Source: a virus (lineage: Duplodnaviria; Caudoviricetes). Taken from it: a stretch of 31,887 nucleotides of DNA. Location: positions 1 through 31,887 of IMG/VR virus record IMGVR_UViG_3300026302_000082. One strand, given 5' to 3'. A program made the position numbers and the translations under genes. Shown piece by piece: positions 8,632-17,724 of the stretch. Every line of letters begins with the position of its first letter. Position 1 is the first letter of the stretch. Below the pieces are notes generated by a model, which searched no databases, had not been told where the DNA came from, and saw only the letters and a program-made list of their open reading frames with translations.

Positions 8632-9858
8632 TCACGATGCGGCGTTGACGAAGACCTTGAGCGCGCCGCCGACATCGACATAGGCGCCGCCGGAGCGGAT
8701 CCAGCCGAGAAAACCGACCTGGCCTTTCTTGGCGTAGGCGGAATCATCGAAGCGCTGGAGAAGGACCGACAACACATCGCGGATCATGTAGGAGGAGAAA
8801 TCCCCGTAGACGATCGAACGTGCGCTCGCGGCCATGGCCGGCATGTGATTGTTGATTTGGATCGGGTCGTTGAGAACGCGATCCGGTGCACCGCCGGGGC
8901 TCCCGGTCTCGTAGCCAGGGACGAAAATCGGCCGGCCCTCCGCGTCCTTGATCTTGCGGATCTGCCGCATGGTAAGATCGTGGAACATAAAACGACAGTT
9001 GCCGGTCTTGCGGTACTCAATATCCACACTGTGCTGAAGATCGACCAGGCTGTCATAGGTGATCGACGTGACCTGCGACGTGCCGTTCGCGGCGGTGACG
9101 CCCACGGGCGCGGCGATGGCTGCGCCCTTGGGCTTGGAAACGCCGTCCCCCGCCGTGAAGTGCCTGTTGGTGACACGGCCGAGGCGGTTGACGATGCGCT
9201 GGTTGACGAAGGCCTCAACGTCGATCGCCGAGTCCTGAAGAAGCTCGATCGGAACCGGCACCACCTTCGACGAGTACTTGTACGGCGTCAGCATCGTAAA
9301 GCCGAAGCTGATATCACCGTCTGAAGCGCTTGCGTTCTCGGCGACGATCTCGCCTTCCTCGTTTGTGCCATCCGAATTCGGGTAATTGATCGGGTTGCCC
9401 TGTTCGGTCTGAATGACGGTCGCGACCTCGCGCATGCCGCCATAAGCCTTAAGCGCATCGAGCACAACCTTCGCCACCTCGGTCTGCACCGTGTAGCCGC
9501 CTTCCGCGCCGGAGGTGGTGGACATGGCACCCTGCACGTTTCGGATCACCGCCCATTCCTCGGCGGAAATGGCGCGATCGCCGCCGCGCAGCCATTTCGC
9601 GTGCAGCTTGCCGATCTCGCCCTTGTCGCGCTCCAGCTTGCCCGCGGCCTCGTCGATCTGACTGTCGAGCGCGCCACGCGCGACGGAGGCGTTGAAATCG
9701 TTGATGCGCTTGATCTGCGCGTCGATCCGGTCGATCTCCGCCATACCGGCGTCATAGATCGGCTGATCGACCGCCTCGTTCCACGTTTCCTTCTTGACGA
9801 GGGCGTCGATTTCCTTCGCCTTCGCCGCGCGGGCTTCCCGCAGAGCTTGAATGCTCAT
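8632..9858 (-). CDS. Major capsid protein, HK97 fold
   Basis: 408 aa; coiled-coil delta domain, EGGYTV, ELLQDS, GDGVSKPKG, IKDAEGRPIF, YGDFS motifs. Confidence 0.97.
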   Translation of the reverse strand: MSIQALREARAAKAKEIDALVKKETWNEAVDQPIYDAGMAEIDRIDAQIKRINDFNASVARGALDSQIDEAAGKLERDKGEIGKLHAKWLRGGDRAISAEEWAVIRNVQGAMSTTSGAEGGYTVQTEVAKVVLDALKAYGGMREVATVIQTEQGNPINYPNSDGTNEEGEIVAENASASDGDISFGFTMLTPYKYSSKVVPVPIELLQDSAIDVEAFVNQRIVNRLGRVTNRHFTAGDGVSKPKGAAIAAPVGVTAANGTSQVTSITYDSLVDLQHSVDIEYRKTGNCRFMFHDLTMRQIRKIKDAEGRPIFVPGYETGSPGGAPDRVLNDPIQINNHMPAMAASARSIVYGDFSSYMIRDVLSVLLQRFDDSAYAKKGQVGFLGWIRSGGAYVDVGGALKVFVNAAS

Positions 9859-9918
9859 GGCATTGCCTTTCTGTTTGTGAGTGCCGCGTGACGCGGCGGA
9901 GCTGCTTCGCGCGGCGCG

Positions 9919-10656
9919 CTATGCAGAGGCGTGCAGAAGCCGGAGGCGATGCGCCCGAAGGCGATGCGCGGCGTTCTGGTCGGGTGCTGCCGCCGCAGGA
10001 GGCGGCGCGGCAGGCTGCGGCGGCGGGGCCGGCGCATGGCGATAGGCATCGACATTCCATTTGGCGCGCGCGGCGCGCGTGTCGCCCGACGTGACGACCT
10101 CGTCGGCGAGGCCGACCTCGACCGCCTCGGCAGGGCCGAGCCAGGTTTCCTCGACCATCATCGCCGCGAAGTCCTCGGCTGATTTCCTGCCGCGCGCGGC
10201 ATAGGTTTCGGCGATTGACCGGTCGATCTGATCGAGAAGCGTCTGGGTTTTGCCGTGATCGGCCTTGTTCCCGACCGTGAGCGTCCATGACTCGTGGATC
10301 ATGATGAAGGCGCCCTCGGCCATCACGGTGCGATCCCCCGCAGCGGCGAGCAGGGAGGCGGCGGAGGCGGCATAGCCATCGACATGGACCGTGATGGAAC
10401 CGGCATGCTCGCGCATCGCCTGCACCATGGCGCGGGCGGCGAAGACATCGCCACCCGGCGAATTGATGCGCAGGATCGCGTCCCCCTCGATCGCCGCGAG
10501 CGCCTTGGCGAAGCTTTCCGGTGCGATGCCGCCCCACCACTCCGCCTCGAGTTCCGAGCCGACGATCACGTCATAGATGTAGATCGTGTTGCCCTCGGCC
10601 CGGAACGAGCCGCGCCGGGAATTGGCCTTGATGAGATTAAGCAGCGGGTTGCGCAT
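9919..10656 (-). CDS. ClpP-type prohead maturation protease
   Basis: RINSPGGDVF, DGYAASAAS (Ser), MIHE (His), ETWL..EAVEVGLAD. Confidence 0.95.
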   Translation of the reverse strand: MRNPLLNLIKANSRRGSFRAEGNTIYIYDVIVGSELEAEWWGGIAPESFAKALAAIEGDAILRINSPGGDVFAARAMVQAMREHAGSITVHVDGYAASAASLLAAAGDRTVMAEGAFIMIHESWTLTVGNKADHGKTQTLLDQIDRSIAETYAARGRKSAEDFAAMMVEETWLGPAEAVEVGLADEVVTSGDTRAARAKWNVDAYRHAPAPPPQPAAPPPAAAAPDQNAAHRLRAHRLRLLHASA

Positions 10657-11944
10657 CGGAATTTCCGTCCTGAGTGCCGGGCGCGGTGCCGGCGGGAAGG
10701 GGTTCGAGGCTGTCGCCGCCTTCGGGCGCATCGGCGAGGCCCATCATGCGGCGGCCCTCGTTGACCGTAATGACCGGGCGCTCTCCCGCGCGGCCCAGGC
10801 CGGTGCGGATCGCCGCCATCAACGTCTTGAGATCGGCGCGCTCGAGATCGGTGGTGTCGAAACGGACACAGCGCCGGCCCTGCCGGAACAGCTTGCGATC
10901 CAGCTCGTTCTGGAACCGGGTCAGCCACGGCCGCAGCGTGTAGCGCACGAAGAGCATGCCCATCGTATCGACGCCGGAACCCCAGCTTGTCGTTTTTTCG
11001 GTATGGCCGATCATGAAGGGCGGGACGCCGTAGAGTCGGGCAATCTCCTCGATCTGGAACTTGCGCCCCTCGAGAAGCTGCATTTCTGCAAGCGGCATCG
11101 AAAGCGGATCGACCTTGAGCCCGCCTGTGAGCACCATAGGCCGATGCGCATCAGCGAAACCCTTGAACTGTTCCAGCCTGGCGTAGAGATCCGCCACCGC
11201 ATCTTGCGAGAGCAGTTTATCGGTGCTCAACGTGTAATCCGGGCGAGCGCCATTGGCGAAGAACCGCGCCGCGTATTCCTGCATGGCGTTCGCGGCGGCG
11301 CCAGCACCGCGAAGCGCGTGCCGCAGGACGGAAAGCCCGAGTCTACCGTCAAAGCCAGGCCCGGCAACGTGGATCACATCATCTTGATCCAGCGCGCGAA
11401 CCGAGCCGGCAAGGCCAGTCTCAGGCGCGACCGCATAGACCAGGCGTTCGCCATCCGGCGTGATCGCGACGGTGACCCGGCCCGGATGGAGCGGCACCAG
11501 CGCGCGGACCTGCCCGAAGGCATCCCGGCGGATCTCGATATAGGCATTGCCGTGCAAGAGCAGGGAGGCGCAGGCGAATTCCCATGCGCTCGACGCAGAC
11601 CAGCGCGGCGAAAACTGCTCGTTGAGCAGATACCACAGCGGATCGTCCTGAAGCTTGACGAAATCGCCCTTGTTGGACCGATAGCCCGGGTCTACCGGCA
11701 TGCTCAGAATGCCGCCCGCGATCAGGTTGACGCAGGAATAGACGGCAGGCAGCGTGCGGGCAGTGTTCTCGGAAAGGCCGCCAAGACCGCCCGCGCCGGA
11801 GGCGACGAATGCGCTCCAGAAGTCAGACCCGCGCGTGATCTCGGAGATCAGCACGTTGCGCGGCGCTTCCGAGGTGACCTCGCGCGGGGATTCGCCCGGC
11901 TCCGGCTGAGCGCCGCCGCCGAGCAGCCGTGAAAGCCAGCTCAC
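10637..11944 (-). CDS. Portal protein, HK97 family
   Basis: AVYSCVNLIA, LLHGNAY, FFANGARP, EIARLYGVPP, TVNEGR motifs; GTG start overlaps the terL stop. Confidence 0.97.
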   Translation of the reverse strand: MSWLSRLLGGGAQPEPGESPREVTSEAPRNVLISEITRGSDFWSAFVASGAGGLGGLSENTARTLPAVYSCVNLIAGGILSMPVDPGYRSNKGDFVKLQDDPLWYLLNEQFSPRWSASSAWEFACASLLLHGNAYIEIRRDAFGQVRALVPLHPGRVTVAITPDGERLVYAVAPETGLAGSVRALDQDDVIHVAGPGFDGRLGLSVLRHALRGAGAAANAMQEYAARFFANGARPDYTLSTDKLLSQDAVADLYARLEQFKGFADAHRPMVLTGGLKVDPLSMPLAEMQLLEGRKFQIEEIARLYGVPPFMIGHTEKTTSWGSGVDTMGMLFVRYTLRPWLTRFQNELDRKLFRQGRRCVRFDTTDLERADLKTLMAAIRTGLGRAGERPVITVNEGRRMMGLADAPEGGDSLEPLPAGTAPGTQDGNSDAQPAA

Positions 11945-13686
11945 ACGAAAATTCCCGGCGTGCCGGCGGCCTGCGGATTGTAGCTCATCAGATCCACCGC
12001 GTTGAAAAGGGCGATGAGCGGATCGATTTTCGCGACGCCGCTGGTTTGCTTGGTGATCACCACCGAATGGCCCTGCATTTCAGCCTTCGCATTGCCGACG
12101 CTCCAGGCCATCAACGGTTGCCCGGCATGGCGGAGCGTGCCTTGCTTGAGCTTGCGCGCGGCGATGCCGTGCGCGGTTTGCAGCCGGTAGCCTTGCCCGA
12201 CCGCCCGCATCGCGGTTGCCGGAAACCCCTCGCGCAGCAGCGCGTCGATAAGGAGGCCGATCGCGACGCCGGAACGGTCGATCCCGATCGCGTTGACGAT
12301 CTCGCCATCGTCATTCGCCGGCAGAAGCCCGGCATCCCGCGCCGCCACGATCATCTCGACCATCTCGGCAACGTCGCTGTCCTGCGCTTCCGCAATATCG
12401 ATAAAGACAAGATCATTGTCCTTTTCGAAGTCGAGCAGGCGCGGCGCGGCTTGCTTGTGGCGCTCCAGCACGCCGCGATCCGCATAGGCCCGGCCCCAAT
12501 GGAGCCAGCGGCCCGAGCCCTTCTCGCGCCCGAGCGCCGCGAAGCCGAACAGGTCATCAAGCCCGCCGCCATCGGCCCCGAAGACAATGCATTCCGAGCG
12601 GCGGAGCAGATCCGCGAAGGTAATCGCGCGATCCGCCGCGCCCTCCCAGTAATCCGCGCCGATCCAGCGGTTCGAATGGAGCGCGAGGCCGATCTCGATG
12701 TTGAGGTGCTGCGACGCCCAGCCGCGCAACTCGGCCGCGCCGTCCGCATCCGCCTTCGCGAAAAGCGTCTGCAAGCGCGGGATGGTGATCGAAAAGCCGA
12801 GGTTCGGCGTAACCAGCGCCCAGAGTTCCGGGCTTTTCCACGGTTGCGCCGGATCGCGCTGCACTTCCTCCGGCAGCTCGTAAAAGATCGGCAACAGAAC
12901 CGAATTCGTGATGCGCCCGTCGCGAACCGCGCGGCCATAATCCAGTTCGGTCTTGAACACGCCGGCGGGCGGCGAGTCCGATTGCGTCGAGATCAGGATC
13001 AGGAACCCCTCGGCGATCGAGATCCGCCCGCCCCGGATCTGCCGGAGCACATCCGCCGCCCAGGATATCGTGCCGAGAAGATGCACCTCGTCGATCAGCG
13101 CGCCGGCATATTTCCCGCCCGTTGCGACCTTTGCGTCAAAGGTCATCACCTTGAGCGTCGCGCCGGTGAGCCGGTTCGTGATGATCTTGAGGTGATCCTG
13201 CACATGCAGGAGATCGGGCAACTCCTCATCCGCCTCGATCATCCCCTTGATCGCGGAAAAGGAGAGCGTGGCGATTTCCTGCGTGGGGCCGAACAATGCG
13301 AATTGCGCGCTCGGGCGCTCGTTGATGATCAGGACCGTGAGCATGATGCCGGCGGCCCCGGTGGTCTTCGAATTCTTCTTCGGGACGAGCGCGAAGATCT
13401 CCTCGATGTAGCGGACGCCGTTGAGCGGATCCCAGGACCCGAACAGGGCGCGAACCACATCGCGGACCCAGTCGTTGCCGGAATCCGCCATACGCGGGCG
13501 CCCCGGCACATCGGGCAGGCGCAGCTCGTTGAAAACGCGGACGCCGCGATCCGCCGCGTTGTCGTTGAGCGGAAGCCCTGGCGGCAGCAACGAGCGCCGG
13601 GCTTTCAGCGCATCGAACCAGCCGGGGTTCGAGAGATCCCAATAGGCGCGATCTACTGCAACATCTCTTGCGAGAGCTTGGCCCAT
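11941..13686 (-). CDS. terL: Terminase large subunit
   Basis: VPKKNSKT Walker A variant, LIDEVH Walker B, ISTQS motif, DGGGLDDL and KIDPLIA nuclease motifs. Confidence 0.97.
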   Translation of the reverse strand: MGQALARDVAVDRAYWDLSNPGWFDALKARRSLLPPGLPLNDNAADRGVRVFNELRLPDVPGRPRMADSGNDWVRDVVRALFGSWDPLNGVRYIEEIFALVPKKNSKTTGAAGIMLTVLIINERPSAQFALFGPTQEIATLSFSAIKGMIEADEELPDLLHVQDHLKIITNRLTGATLKVMTFDAKVATGGKYAGALIDEVHLLGTISWAADVLRQIRGGRISIAEGFLILISTQSDSPPAGVFKTELDYGRAVRDGRITNSVLLPIFYELPEEVQRDPAQPWKSPELWALVTPNLGFSITIPRLQTLFAKADADGAAELRGWASQHLNIEIGLALHSNRWIGADYWEGAADRAITFADLLRRSECIVFGADGGGLDDLFGFAALGREKGSGRWLHWGRAYADRGVLERHKQAAPRLLDFEKDNDLVFIDIAEAQDSDVAEMVEMIVAARDAGLLPANDDGEIVNAIGIDRSGVAIGLLIDALLREGFPATAMRAVGQGYRLQTAHGIAARKLKQGTLRHAGQPLMAWSVGNAKAEMQGHSVVITKQTSGVAKIDPLIALFNAVDLMSYNPQAAGTPGIFV

Positions 13687-14321
13687 TTGCCGGATCTCCC
13701 CGCCTTCTCGGCGGCTTTTGCCTGTTGCACCTTCTTGCCCAGCGTCTCCTTCTCGGAGGCGCGGGCCTCGCCTGCGGGCGCAGCGCGCCGGGCGGCGATG
13801 CTCGCGAGATCGATCTCATCGAGCATTTCCTTCAGCGCCTTTGCCGCAGCGGTGGAACCGCCGCGGGCCTGCCGATGCAGGGTTTCTATGATCTCGGCGC
13901 GGGCGGTTTCGCGGGCGTGGTCGAGATCGGCGCGGAACGCGCGGCGCAGCGTCGGTTCGCTGACCCCCAGCCGGGCGGCGATGATCGCTTCCGCGATGCC
14001 GGTAGCTTTCAGGATGCGGACCCGCTCGCGATCGGCGTTCATCGGCACGTAACGCTTGCGTCCTCGCGGGCGGGGCGGCGCTGGCCCGGATTGGAGCGGC
14101 GCACTTTCGAACAGGGTCGGCGCGCATTCCGCCCGCGCGGCAGAAAGCGTTTCGGCGAAATACTTGCGAAGCGTCGGCAGCGAGAGTTCCAGCGCCTCGG
14201 CAATGGCCTCGTCGCTCTTGCCGTCAACAGCCATCGCGCGGACCTGATCGAAATCAGCATCGCCGGGTTCAAAGGACGGCCTCCCTTTATTTTTCGCAGC
14301 CGCGTCGCAACCATCCACCAC
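13653..14321 (-). CDS. terS: Terminase small subunit with two HTH repeats
   Basis: Immediately upstream of terL; two copies of V..(M/L)...G.....IA..L..S.PTLR..F; LGKK...KAA C-terminus; exact start uncertain. Confidence 0.8.
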   Translation of the reverse strand: MVDGCDAAAKNKGRPSFEPGDADFDQVRAMAVDGKSDEAIAEALELSLPTLRKYFAETLSAARAECAPTLFESAPLQSGPAPPRPRGRKRYVPMNADRERVRILKATGIAEAIIAARLGVSEPTLRRAFRADLDHARETARAEIIETLHRQARGGSTAAAKALKEMLDEIDLASIAARRAAPAGEARASEKETLGKKVQQAKAAEKAGRSGKWAKLSQEMLQ

Positions 14322-14395
14322 GAAAAAAAATCCCTGAAAGGGGGAAGAGCGGGTCCTAGGCGGGGAAGGCGCCAGAGATTTGAGCCGCCCCCCTC
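14320..14395. other. Probable cos packaging region
   Basis: Lies between HNH and terS. Minus strand reads GGGGGCGGCTCAAATCTCTGG...TAGGACCCGCTCTTCCCCC...GATTTTTTTT, resembling cos regions of HK97-like phages. Cut site not resolvable. Confidence 0.55.
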
Positions 14396-14703
14396 TGCTG
14401 GTGCTCGCGAGCCCGCTTGCGGTTGTCGCAGGCGGCGCAGAGGCACAAAATGTTGAGCGGATCGAAATCCGCCCCGCCGTCCTTGCGTGCTACCTTGTGA
14501 TCGCTGCGCAGTTTCCAGGGCGTTTCGGTGTGATCCGCGCCGCATGCCTCACAGCGATAGCCCCGTGCCCGCTTGATCGCGGACGAGAACTCAACCCATT
14601 CCCTCGTGCGATAGAACGGATCGACGGGCTTCACCCCGCCCGGCAACCTGCCGGGATGACGGGGCAGGCGATCCATTGCGCTGCCGATCTTCACATGATG
14701 CGT
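14356..14703 (-). CDS. HNH endonuclease (terminase cofactor, HK97 gp74-like)
   Basis: FYRTREW, CEAC, DH, GG..FDP.N...LCAAC motifs; position next to cos/terS. Confidence 0.9.
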   Translation of the reverse strand, partial: THHVKIGSAMDRLPRHPGRLPGGVKPVDPFYRTREWVEFSSAIKRARGYRCEACGADHTETPWKLRSDHKVARKDGGADFDPLNILCLCAACDNRKRAREHQQRGAAQISGAFPA

Positions 14704-14777
14704 CATCCCGCGTGATTCCACCCCGGATATGCTGGATAAACCGCACGTTTCTTTTTTTATTTTTGCGCCGGGAACGC

Positions 14778-14807
14778 AAAAGCCCGCCGCCGTTTCCGGT
14801 AGCGGGC
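14778..14807 (-). terminator. Intrinsic terminator (tR'-like) before the late operon
   Basis: GCCCGCTACCG-GAAA-CGGCGGCGGGC followed by TTTT on the minus strand. Confidence 0.75.
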
Positions 14808-14819
14808 GCGATTCGTGCT

Positions 14820-14857
14820 GATAACTGAAACTGCGCTTCCGACTGCGCAGTTGTCAA
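14820..14857 (-). promoter_or_regulatory. Late promoter (pR'-like) with inverted repeat
   Basis: TTGACA at 14857-14852 right after the upstream stop; AACTGCGC-N8-GCGCAGTT palindrome; -10 element poorly defined. Confidence 0.6.
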
Positions 14858-14858
14858 T

Positions 14859-15542
14859 TCATCCCACGCTTCGTTTTTGCTCGACTCTTGTGGAAATGCC
14901 GATTTCATCGCCAATCACCACGGCCTGCACGCGCCCGCGCTGCGGGCCGGTAGCCCCCCACACCTCAACCGAGAGCACGTCGAGCGCCTCGCGCAGCCGC
15001 ATGGTGAGGTAATCGAGCTTGGCGCGCCCCGCCTCGGCGCCGGGCCAGCGCGCGGCGAGCATGGTCACGGTCTCGCCCTGTCCCGCCACGGCGGAGACGA
15101 TGGCATAGCCGACCTGCCCGAGCATACGCGCGAGCCGCGCCAATTCGAGATGCGCAGCGGCGCAGCTCTCAGGCAACGGGTCGCGCCCGCGCCCGCCATC
15201 CACGCGCATCCGCCCGTAATCGATGGCTTGCGACGCGCCGACCATCGCCCGCTCATAGATCGCGCGGAACCGCGTGCCGGCCTCGTATTGCCCCACATCG
15301 AGCCTCCCGCGCGCCCGCATCATCTCCAGCGGGTGCTCGGCAAGGTTCACCCTGACCTGAAGCGATGCGCCTGTCTCGATCGGGTCCGGCACGATCCGCG
15401 TACCGGCGACGATCTTCCCGCCGGAAGGGTCCGCGCCCCGCTTCGCCCTGGCACGCCGCGCCGCCTTGGCCTCCTCGCGCTTCGTCAGCGCTTTCGCCGC
15501 GCGCAGGGCTTCCCATTCCACCTTGTCCATCGCAATCCCCAT
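14859..15542 (-). CDS. Putative late-gene regulator (Q-like position; DUF6456-like)
   Basis: PLEMMRARGRLD..QYEAG.RFR..YE and DYGR.RVDGG motifs, C-terminal HTH-like LREALD.L; sits between replication and packaging modules. Confidence 0.65.
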   Translation of the reverse strand: MGIAMDKVEWEALRAAKALTKREEAKAARRARAKRGADPSGGKIVAGTRIVPDPIETGASLQVRVNLAEHPLEMMRARGRLDVGQYEAGTRFRAIYERAMVGASQAIDYGRMRVDGGRGRDPLPESCAAAHLELARLARMLGQVGYAIVSAVAGQGETVTMLAARWPGAEAGRAKLDYLTMRLREALDVLSVEVWGATGPQRGRVQAVVIGDEIGISTRVEQKRSVG

Positions 15543-15545
15543 CCG

Positions 15546-16727
15546 TCAGAACCCGCTTGCCTGCTTCACGTCTTCCGGCGGTGCTGGCGCCGGCAGGAAC
15601 ACACGATACGAACCCCGGAAAGTCGGCATCTCGCAGCGCCGCGCCCGGAACCATGGCCGCCAAGCCTCCATTTCCGGCCCGTCGCAGGGGTAGGGCTGCA
15701 CCGCCGTGATCGCCTCGGCGGAGGGCATGTCGCCGGGCTTGCAGGTCATGCCGGTGCCCTTGATTGCCCACTCGACCATCAGCGAGCAGCGCTCGCCGCG
15801 TTTCAGCTTGCCGAAGAGCAGCGCCCACCACTCCCGGCTCCACGGCGCAACGGCGATCACGCCAGCGCTCGCCTTCCGCGCCGCCGCCTCGGCGTCGATC
15901 AGGGTCCAGCGCCGCTGGCTGAGATAGCTCCAGGAGGCCGGCACCGTGCTGCGCTTCGCGGCCTTGAGTTCGGCGAGGAAGGGCGCCACCCCGTCGATCG
16001 CGGCGCGCCGCTCGGCAAAGGGCAGTTCGGCCCAGGCCGTGGCGAGCTTGGCCTGATCATCCACCCCGACACGGGGCCAGACCTTGCGGAAATCGTCGAG
16101 CGTGACGGCAGGGCCGGAGGTCGCCCCATCCCCGGCCAGCCCTGCGCTCTCGTCATGGCCGCCCGGCGAGCCGGATGTGGCGCCCGCCGCATGCGCCCAC
16201 GCGCTCTCTTTCTCAACTCTTGAGGGTTCTCTTAAGGGGTTGGGTGACACAGCTATGTCACCCTGAGATGTCGTCAATGTCACCCTAAGCGCTTCGTTAG
16301 GGTGACATGGTGTCACCCTAAGCGTTTCTCCGGGCGCCGCCTCTTCCGCCTTGTCGCATGCGTTTTGCGCATGGCCGGCGGTTTCCTCGGCATCCACCGC
16401 GCCGCCGTTCCTCGCCTCGAGTTCCGCGAAGAGGCCGGGCCGGGAAAGCTCGAACAGCAGCCGGATATCCATCTCGTAGCAGCGCGTCGAGCCCTTGCCG
16501 GCGCCGCCCTCGCGCACGAGGCGCAACAGCCCGATCGCGCAGAATAGCCGCAGCACGCGCTGCACGGTGCGTTCCGCGCATTCCGCCGCCGTGGCCAGCG
16601 TGGCGACACTTGGGTAAATGTTGCGGCCCTCGTCGTCGCAGCAATCGACGAGCTTCAGGAGCACGATTTTCGCCGCGTGGGACGGTACCCGCGCCCCGAA
16701 GGCGAGACCGAGAAGGCGCGCACTCAT
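15546..16727 (-). CDS. Replication initiator (lambda O-like, N-terminal winged HTH)
   Basis: KIVLLKLVDCCDDEG..IYPSVATLA..AEC.ERTVQR.L motif, internal iterons, F...WP second domain. Confidence 0.85.
   Translation of the reverse strand: MSARLLGLAFGARVPSHAAKIVLLKLVDCCDDEGRNIYPSVATLATAAECAERTVQRVLRLFCAIGLLRLVREGGAGKGSTRCYEMDIRLLFELSRPGLFAELEARNGGAVDAEETAGHAQNACDKAEEAAPGETLRVTPCHPNEALRVTLTTSQGDIAVSPNPLREPSRVEKESAWAHAAGATSGSPGGHDESAGLAGDGATSGPAVTLDDFRKVWPRVGVDDQAKLATAWAELPFAERRAAIDGVAPFLAELKAAKRSTVPASWSYLSQRRWTLIDAEAAARKASAGVIAVAPWSREWWALLFGKLKRGERCSLMVEWAIKGTGMTCKPGDMPSAEAITAVQPYPCDGPEMEAWRPWFRARRCEMPTFRGSYRVFLPAPAPPEDVKQASGF
16242..16324. repeat. Iteron cluster / probable replication origin
   Basis: Five TGTCACCC units: 16242-49 (rev), 16256-63, 16278-85, 16300-07 (rev), 16311-18; two extend to TGTCACCCTAAGCG. 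Confidence 0.85.
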
Positions 16728-17578
16728 AGCGGCATCTCCCCTTGCGATTCGTCATCACCAACATCAAAATTCAGCCACAGCACCTCTGTCCGCGCCCTCG
16801 CGCCATCGGCCAGCGCCTGGCGCTCGATGCGGCGCCAGTCCGCCAGCGCATCATCGTAGATCGGGTGCGGATAGCCGGAGAGGACGACACGCCCGCGCAG
16901 CGTGCGCAGGAAAACCAGCAGCTCGGCATGATCGTCGTCCGTCATCTCGTGCCGGTACTTGTGCTTTGCGCAATAAGGGTTGCCCTTCGACCGCGTGTCG
17001 TGGACATAGGGCGGGTCCACGTAATGCAGGGTCTCCGGCCCATCGTGCTGGGCCATGACATCCATCGCCGGGCGGTTTTCGATCGTCACGCCGGAAAGGC
17101 GGTCGATGATCGCGCCGAGCGCCGGGGCATAGTTCGCCCAATCATGGGCCGGCGTGGTGCCGCTCCGGTTCGAATTCGCGCGGAACGCGGTTGACCGCCC
17201 AAGCGCGCCCGTGGAGCCAAAACCCATGAACGCGCGGATGATCATCCGCCGTGATTGCTCGACCGGGCAATCTGTCCGCGCATAGGCACCCACGAATTCA
17301 TCACGGGCGAAAGGCGTGAGCCGCAGCGCCTCGCGCAACTCTCCCGCCCTTGGCGATCGCAGTACACGGAAGAGGGTGACCAGTTCGGCGTCCAGATCGT
17401 TGTAGATCTCCGCATAGGCGCGCGGCTTTCGCAGCAGCACGGATGCCGCGCCGCCGAACGGCTCGACATAGACCCGGTGCGCGGGAAAATGCGAGATGAT
17501 CCACGGCGCGAGCAAAAACTTGCCGCCGTGCCAGCGGATGAGGGGGCGTTCGACATCGAGTTGAGGGGAAGCGCTCAC
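16724..17578 (-). CDS. DNA adenine methyltransferase, D12/Dam-like
   Basis: RWHGGKF, YVEPFGGAASVL, NDLD and YVDPPY motifs; GTG 17578 overlaps the upstream TGA. Confidence 0.95.
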   Translation of the reverse strand: MSASPQLDVERPLIRWHGGKFLLAPWIISHFPAHRVYVEPFGGAASVLLRKPRAYAEIYNDLDAELVTLFRVLRSPRAGELREALRLTPFARDEFVGAYARTDCPVEQSRRMIIRAFMGFGSTGALGRSTAFRANSNRSGTTPAHDWANYAPALGAIIDRLSGVTIENRPAMDVMAQHDGPETLHYVDPPYVHDTRSKGNPYCAKHKYRHEMTDDDHAELLVFLRTLRGRVVLSGYPHPIYDDALADWRRIERQALADGARARTEVLWLNFDVGDDESQGEMPL

Positions 17579-17724
17579 GGCTCCACCTCGCCGCATTCGC
17601 AGTGCCAGCACAGCACGGACCATTGCCCATGCGTCGGGCCGAGATCGGCGGCAATCATCCATCCCCGCCGGAAATACTCGGGCAGATCGCGGAACCTCAC
17701 GTAGCGAAACAGGCCTGTCCTCAT
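17575..17724 (-). CDS. Small hypothetical protein (49 aa, His/Cys-containing)
   Basis: MRTGLFRYV...HCECGEVEP; ATGA and GTGA overlaps, GGAG RBS. Confidence 0.65.
   Translation of the reverse strand: MRTGLFRYVRFRDLPEYFRRGWMIAADLGPTHGQWSVLCWHCECGEVEP

Noticed and set aside
1..13686. Gene transfer agent cluster
   Set aside because: Some tail genes are GTA-like, but integrase, repressor, origin and an HNH/cos region indicate a true prophage
11929..14052. 707-aa plus-strand ORF
   Set aside because: Antisense shadow of terL/terS in high-GC DNA; Arg-rich, no motifs
16242..16324. CRISPR-like or transposon-end repeats
   Set aside because: Units are 8-14 bp, mixed in orientation and irregularly spaced inside a coding gene; no cas or transposase gene
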